NCBI GenBank assembly: GCA_965652295.1
Contig: CBFGTS010000003.1
Location: 250,232 to 314,231 of the forward strand
Source: an uncultured Haloferula sp.
Lineage (GTDB): Bacteria; Verrucomicrobiota; Verrucomicrobiia; Verrucomicrobiales; Akkermansiaceae
Direction: 5' to 3'
DNA length: 64,000 bases
Position numbers and translations under genes: made by a program. Below are positions 62,165-64,000 of the stretch, in pieces; position 1 is the first letter of the stretch, and the number at the start of each line of letters is the position of its first letter. The notes beneath the pieces were generated by a model. That model ran no database searches and was not told the DNA's origin. It worked only from the letters and a program-made list of their open reading frames with translations.

Positions 62165-63718
62165 ATGGTACCCGAACCGCTCTACGACCTCGTCATCCTC
62201 GGCGGCGCATTCTCCGGCAGCGCGCTCGGGATCATGGTGAAACGTGAGCGACCGGAAACCCGGATTCTCATCGTCGAGAAATCCAGCGAGTTCGACCGCA
62301 AGATCGGCGAGTCCACCTCGGAAGTGGCCGGCTGTTTCCTCACCCGCGTCCTCGGCCTCTCGAACTACCTCGCCCGCGAGCATTTCCAGAAACACGGGCT
62401 GCGCATGTGGTTCACCAGTCCGGAAAACGACAACCCCGGGCGGTGCTCGGAGATCGGCCCGTTCTCCCAAGCCCGCTTCCCCACCTACCAGCTCAACCGG
62501 TCGAAACTCGACCAGCATCTGCTTGAGGAAGCCGTGAAGCTCGGCTGCGAAGTCGCCCGGCCTGCTTCGGTGAAATCCTTCGAACTGAATGGTCTCGGGA
62601 AATCGACCGTCACCTTCAAGGCCGACGGCGAAACCCGCACCGTCACCGCCGGCTGGGTCGTCGATGCCTCCGGCAAGGCCGCGCTCATCGCCCGCAAGCG
62701 CGGAACCATCGTCCCCCTCAAGGCCCACCCGGTCCACTCGATGTGGGTCCGTTTCCAAAACGTCCGCGACCTCGACAGCCATGAGTGCCATATGGGCGCG
62801 CTCAAGATGCAGCCCAAGCCCGTCGTTTCCCGCGGTTCCGCCACCAACCACCTCATGGGCCGCGGCTGGTGGTCATGGATCATCCCGTTGTCCAATGGCG
62901 AATTCTCCGCCGGCGTTACCTGGGACGAACGTCTCTGCACCCCACCCGCCGAGGGGGCCGTCGGGGAAAGGGTCAAGACCCACCTGCTCACCCATCCCGT
63001 CGGCAGGCTGATGTTCGAGAATGCCGTGCCGGTCGAGAACGACGCCCGCATCTACAAACACCTTCCCTACCGCTCCACCGAGGTCTGCGGTGATGGCTGG
63101 ATCGCCGTCGGCGACGCCGCCGGCTTCATGGACCCGCTCTACTCGCACGGTCTCGACTTCTGCGCGCACAGCGTCCACATCGCCCACCGGCTCGTCCTTG
63201 ATTCCCTTTCCGGGAAATGCGTGAAGGAAAAGATCGCCAGCCACTTCGCGCAGTATCAGGAATCCTACTTCCGCTGGTTCGACGCCCTTTACCGCGGAAA
63301 ATACCAGTACCTGGGCGATGCGCGTCTGATGCGGGCCGCCTTCCTGCTCGACATCGCCACCTACTTCATCGGCCCCGTCCAGCTCGTTTACCGTGATACC
63401 GACCGCGAGTTTTCCATGATGCCCTACAACGGCCCCATCGGTGCCGTCTTCGCGAAGTTCATGGGCCTCTACAACCGCCGCCTGGAGGTCATCGCCCGCA
63501 AGCGCCTCGCCGCCGGCACCTACGGCAAAGAGAACCTCGACCACTCCTACCTCATCCGCACTCCCTTCAACGCCGGCACAGGAGCCTTGCGTCACTTCTT
63601 CCACGGCATCGCCATTTGGTTGGGCCTTGAGCTGGAAACCCTCTTCCGCCGCCCCATCCCGGCCGCCGAGGACAAACCCCGGCAGGCCGAGGCAACCCGA
63701 CAGGAAGCGGCGGCTTGA
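62165..63718 (+). CDS. Flavin-dependent halogenase-family oxidoreductase
   Basis: YDLVILGGAFSG, KIGES, QKHG, RSKLDQHL, DASG, WSWIIP (WxWxIP), GDAAGFMDPLYSHG. Confidence 0.8.
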   Translation: MVPEPLYDLVILGGAFSGSALGIMVKRERPETRILIVEKSSEFDRKIGESTSEVAGCFLTRVLGLSNYLAREHFQKHGLRMWFTSPENDNPGRCSEIGPFSQARFPTYQLNRSKLDQHLLEEAVKLGCEVARPASVKSFELNGLGKSTVTFKADGETRTVTAGWVVDASGKAALIARKRGTIVPLKAHPVHSMWVRFQNVRDLDSHECHMGALKMQPKPVVSRGSATNHLMGRGWWSWIIPLSNGEFSAGVTWDERLCTPPAEGAVGERVKTHLLTHPVGRLMFENAVPVENDARIYKHLPYRSTEVCGDGWIAVGDAAGFMDPLYSHGLDFCAHSVHIAHRLVLDSLSGKCVKEKIASHFAQYQESYFRWFDALYRGKYQYLGDARLMRAAFLLDIATYFIGPVQLVYRDTDREFSMMPYNGPIGAVFAKFMGLYNRRLEVIARKRLAAGTYGKENLDHSYLIRTPFNAGTGALRHFFHGIAIWLGLELETLFRRPIPAAEDKPRQAEATRQEAAA

Positions 63719-63799
63719 GGTTGCAGCTTTTTTCAGTTGTCAGCCACGATCTCCCCGGGTAATTCCCCCGGCCCCGAGGCATCCGCTCCGGGCGTCATT

Positions 63800-63865
63800 G
63801 GCAGGGCAGCTCAGAAGTAGAGCAGCCCCGACTCAGTCGGGGTTGGTCGCTGAAGACTCTCCGCC
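63800..63865 (+). pseudogene. Degenerate tandem copy of the tRNA with anticodon arm replaced by a GC hairpin
   Basis: ggcagggcagctcagaagtagagcag matches the tRNA 5' part at 24/26, then ccccgac-tca-gtcgggg, then the shared ttggtcgc; T-arm and 3' acceptor strand are lost. Confidence 0.75.
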
Positions 63866-63877
63866 AGAAAAATCAAT

Positions 63878-63952
<75 letters not shown>

Positions 63953-63967
63953 TTTTCCCGCCGCCCC

Positions 63968-64000
63968 ATGGCCTGGGTCTACATTCTCCGCGGAACCACG
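63968..64000 (+). CDS. Probable GIY-YIG nuclease (only first 11 codons in window)
   Basis: MAWVYILRGTT resembles the VYIL first strand of small GIY-YIG (UPF0213-like) proteins; truncated by the window end. Confidence 0.5.
   Translation, partial: MAWVYILRGTT

Noticed and set aside
63826..63842. Selenocysteine or opal-suppressor tRNA (TCA loop)
   Set aside because: No long variable arm, T-arm or 3' acceptor strand; treated as a pseudo-tRNA repeat.

Overview
High-GC bacterial chromosomal window. The gene content (MurC-MurB fusion, divergent FtsZ, PVC-type CxxCH proteins, secreted proteins with FYR-type C-termini) suggests Verrucomicrobiota; this is an inference. The window holds the 3' part of metH, a LuxR regulator and a partial dcw operon (murG, murC/B, ddl, ftsQ, ftsA, ftsZ). 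It then carries a carbohydrate-use region (GH105, GH78, sugar porter), nifJ with a DHOD-like gene, GH13, recG, an RRM protein, a 1862-aa LamG/sugar-dehydrogenase/cytochrome protein, dusB, a six-gene prenyl-phospho-arabinose/GT-C cluster, a halogenase-family gene and a tRNA(CAT). Top observation: metH contains a 672-bp, exactly in-frame insertion (1959-2630) that encodes a REP-associated tyrosine (HUH) transposase domain. It is bounded by two inverted 31-bp REP-like hairpins that lie inside the open reading frame and it has no intein motifs. Also notable are a TMTC-like/DprE cluster suggesting protein or surface D-arabinofuranosylation, a degenerate tRNA copy with a replaced anticodon arm next to the tRNA and a probable GIY-YIG gene, and a REP doublet of a second family at 30961-31020. 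All calls come from reading motifs by eye; no database searches were run and start codons are best guesses.
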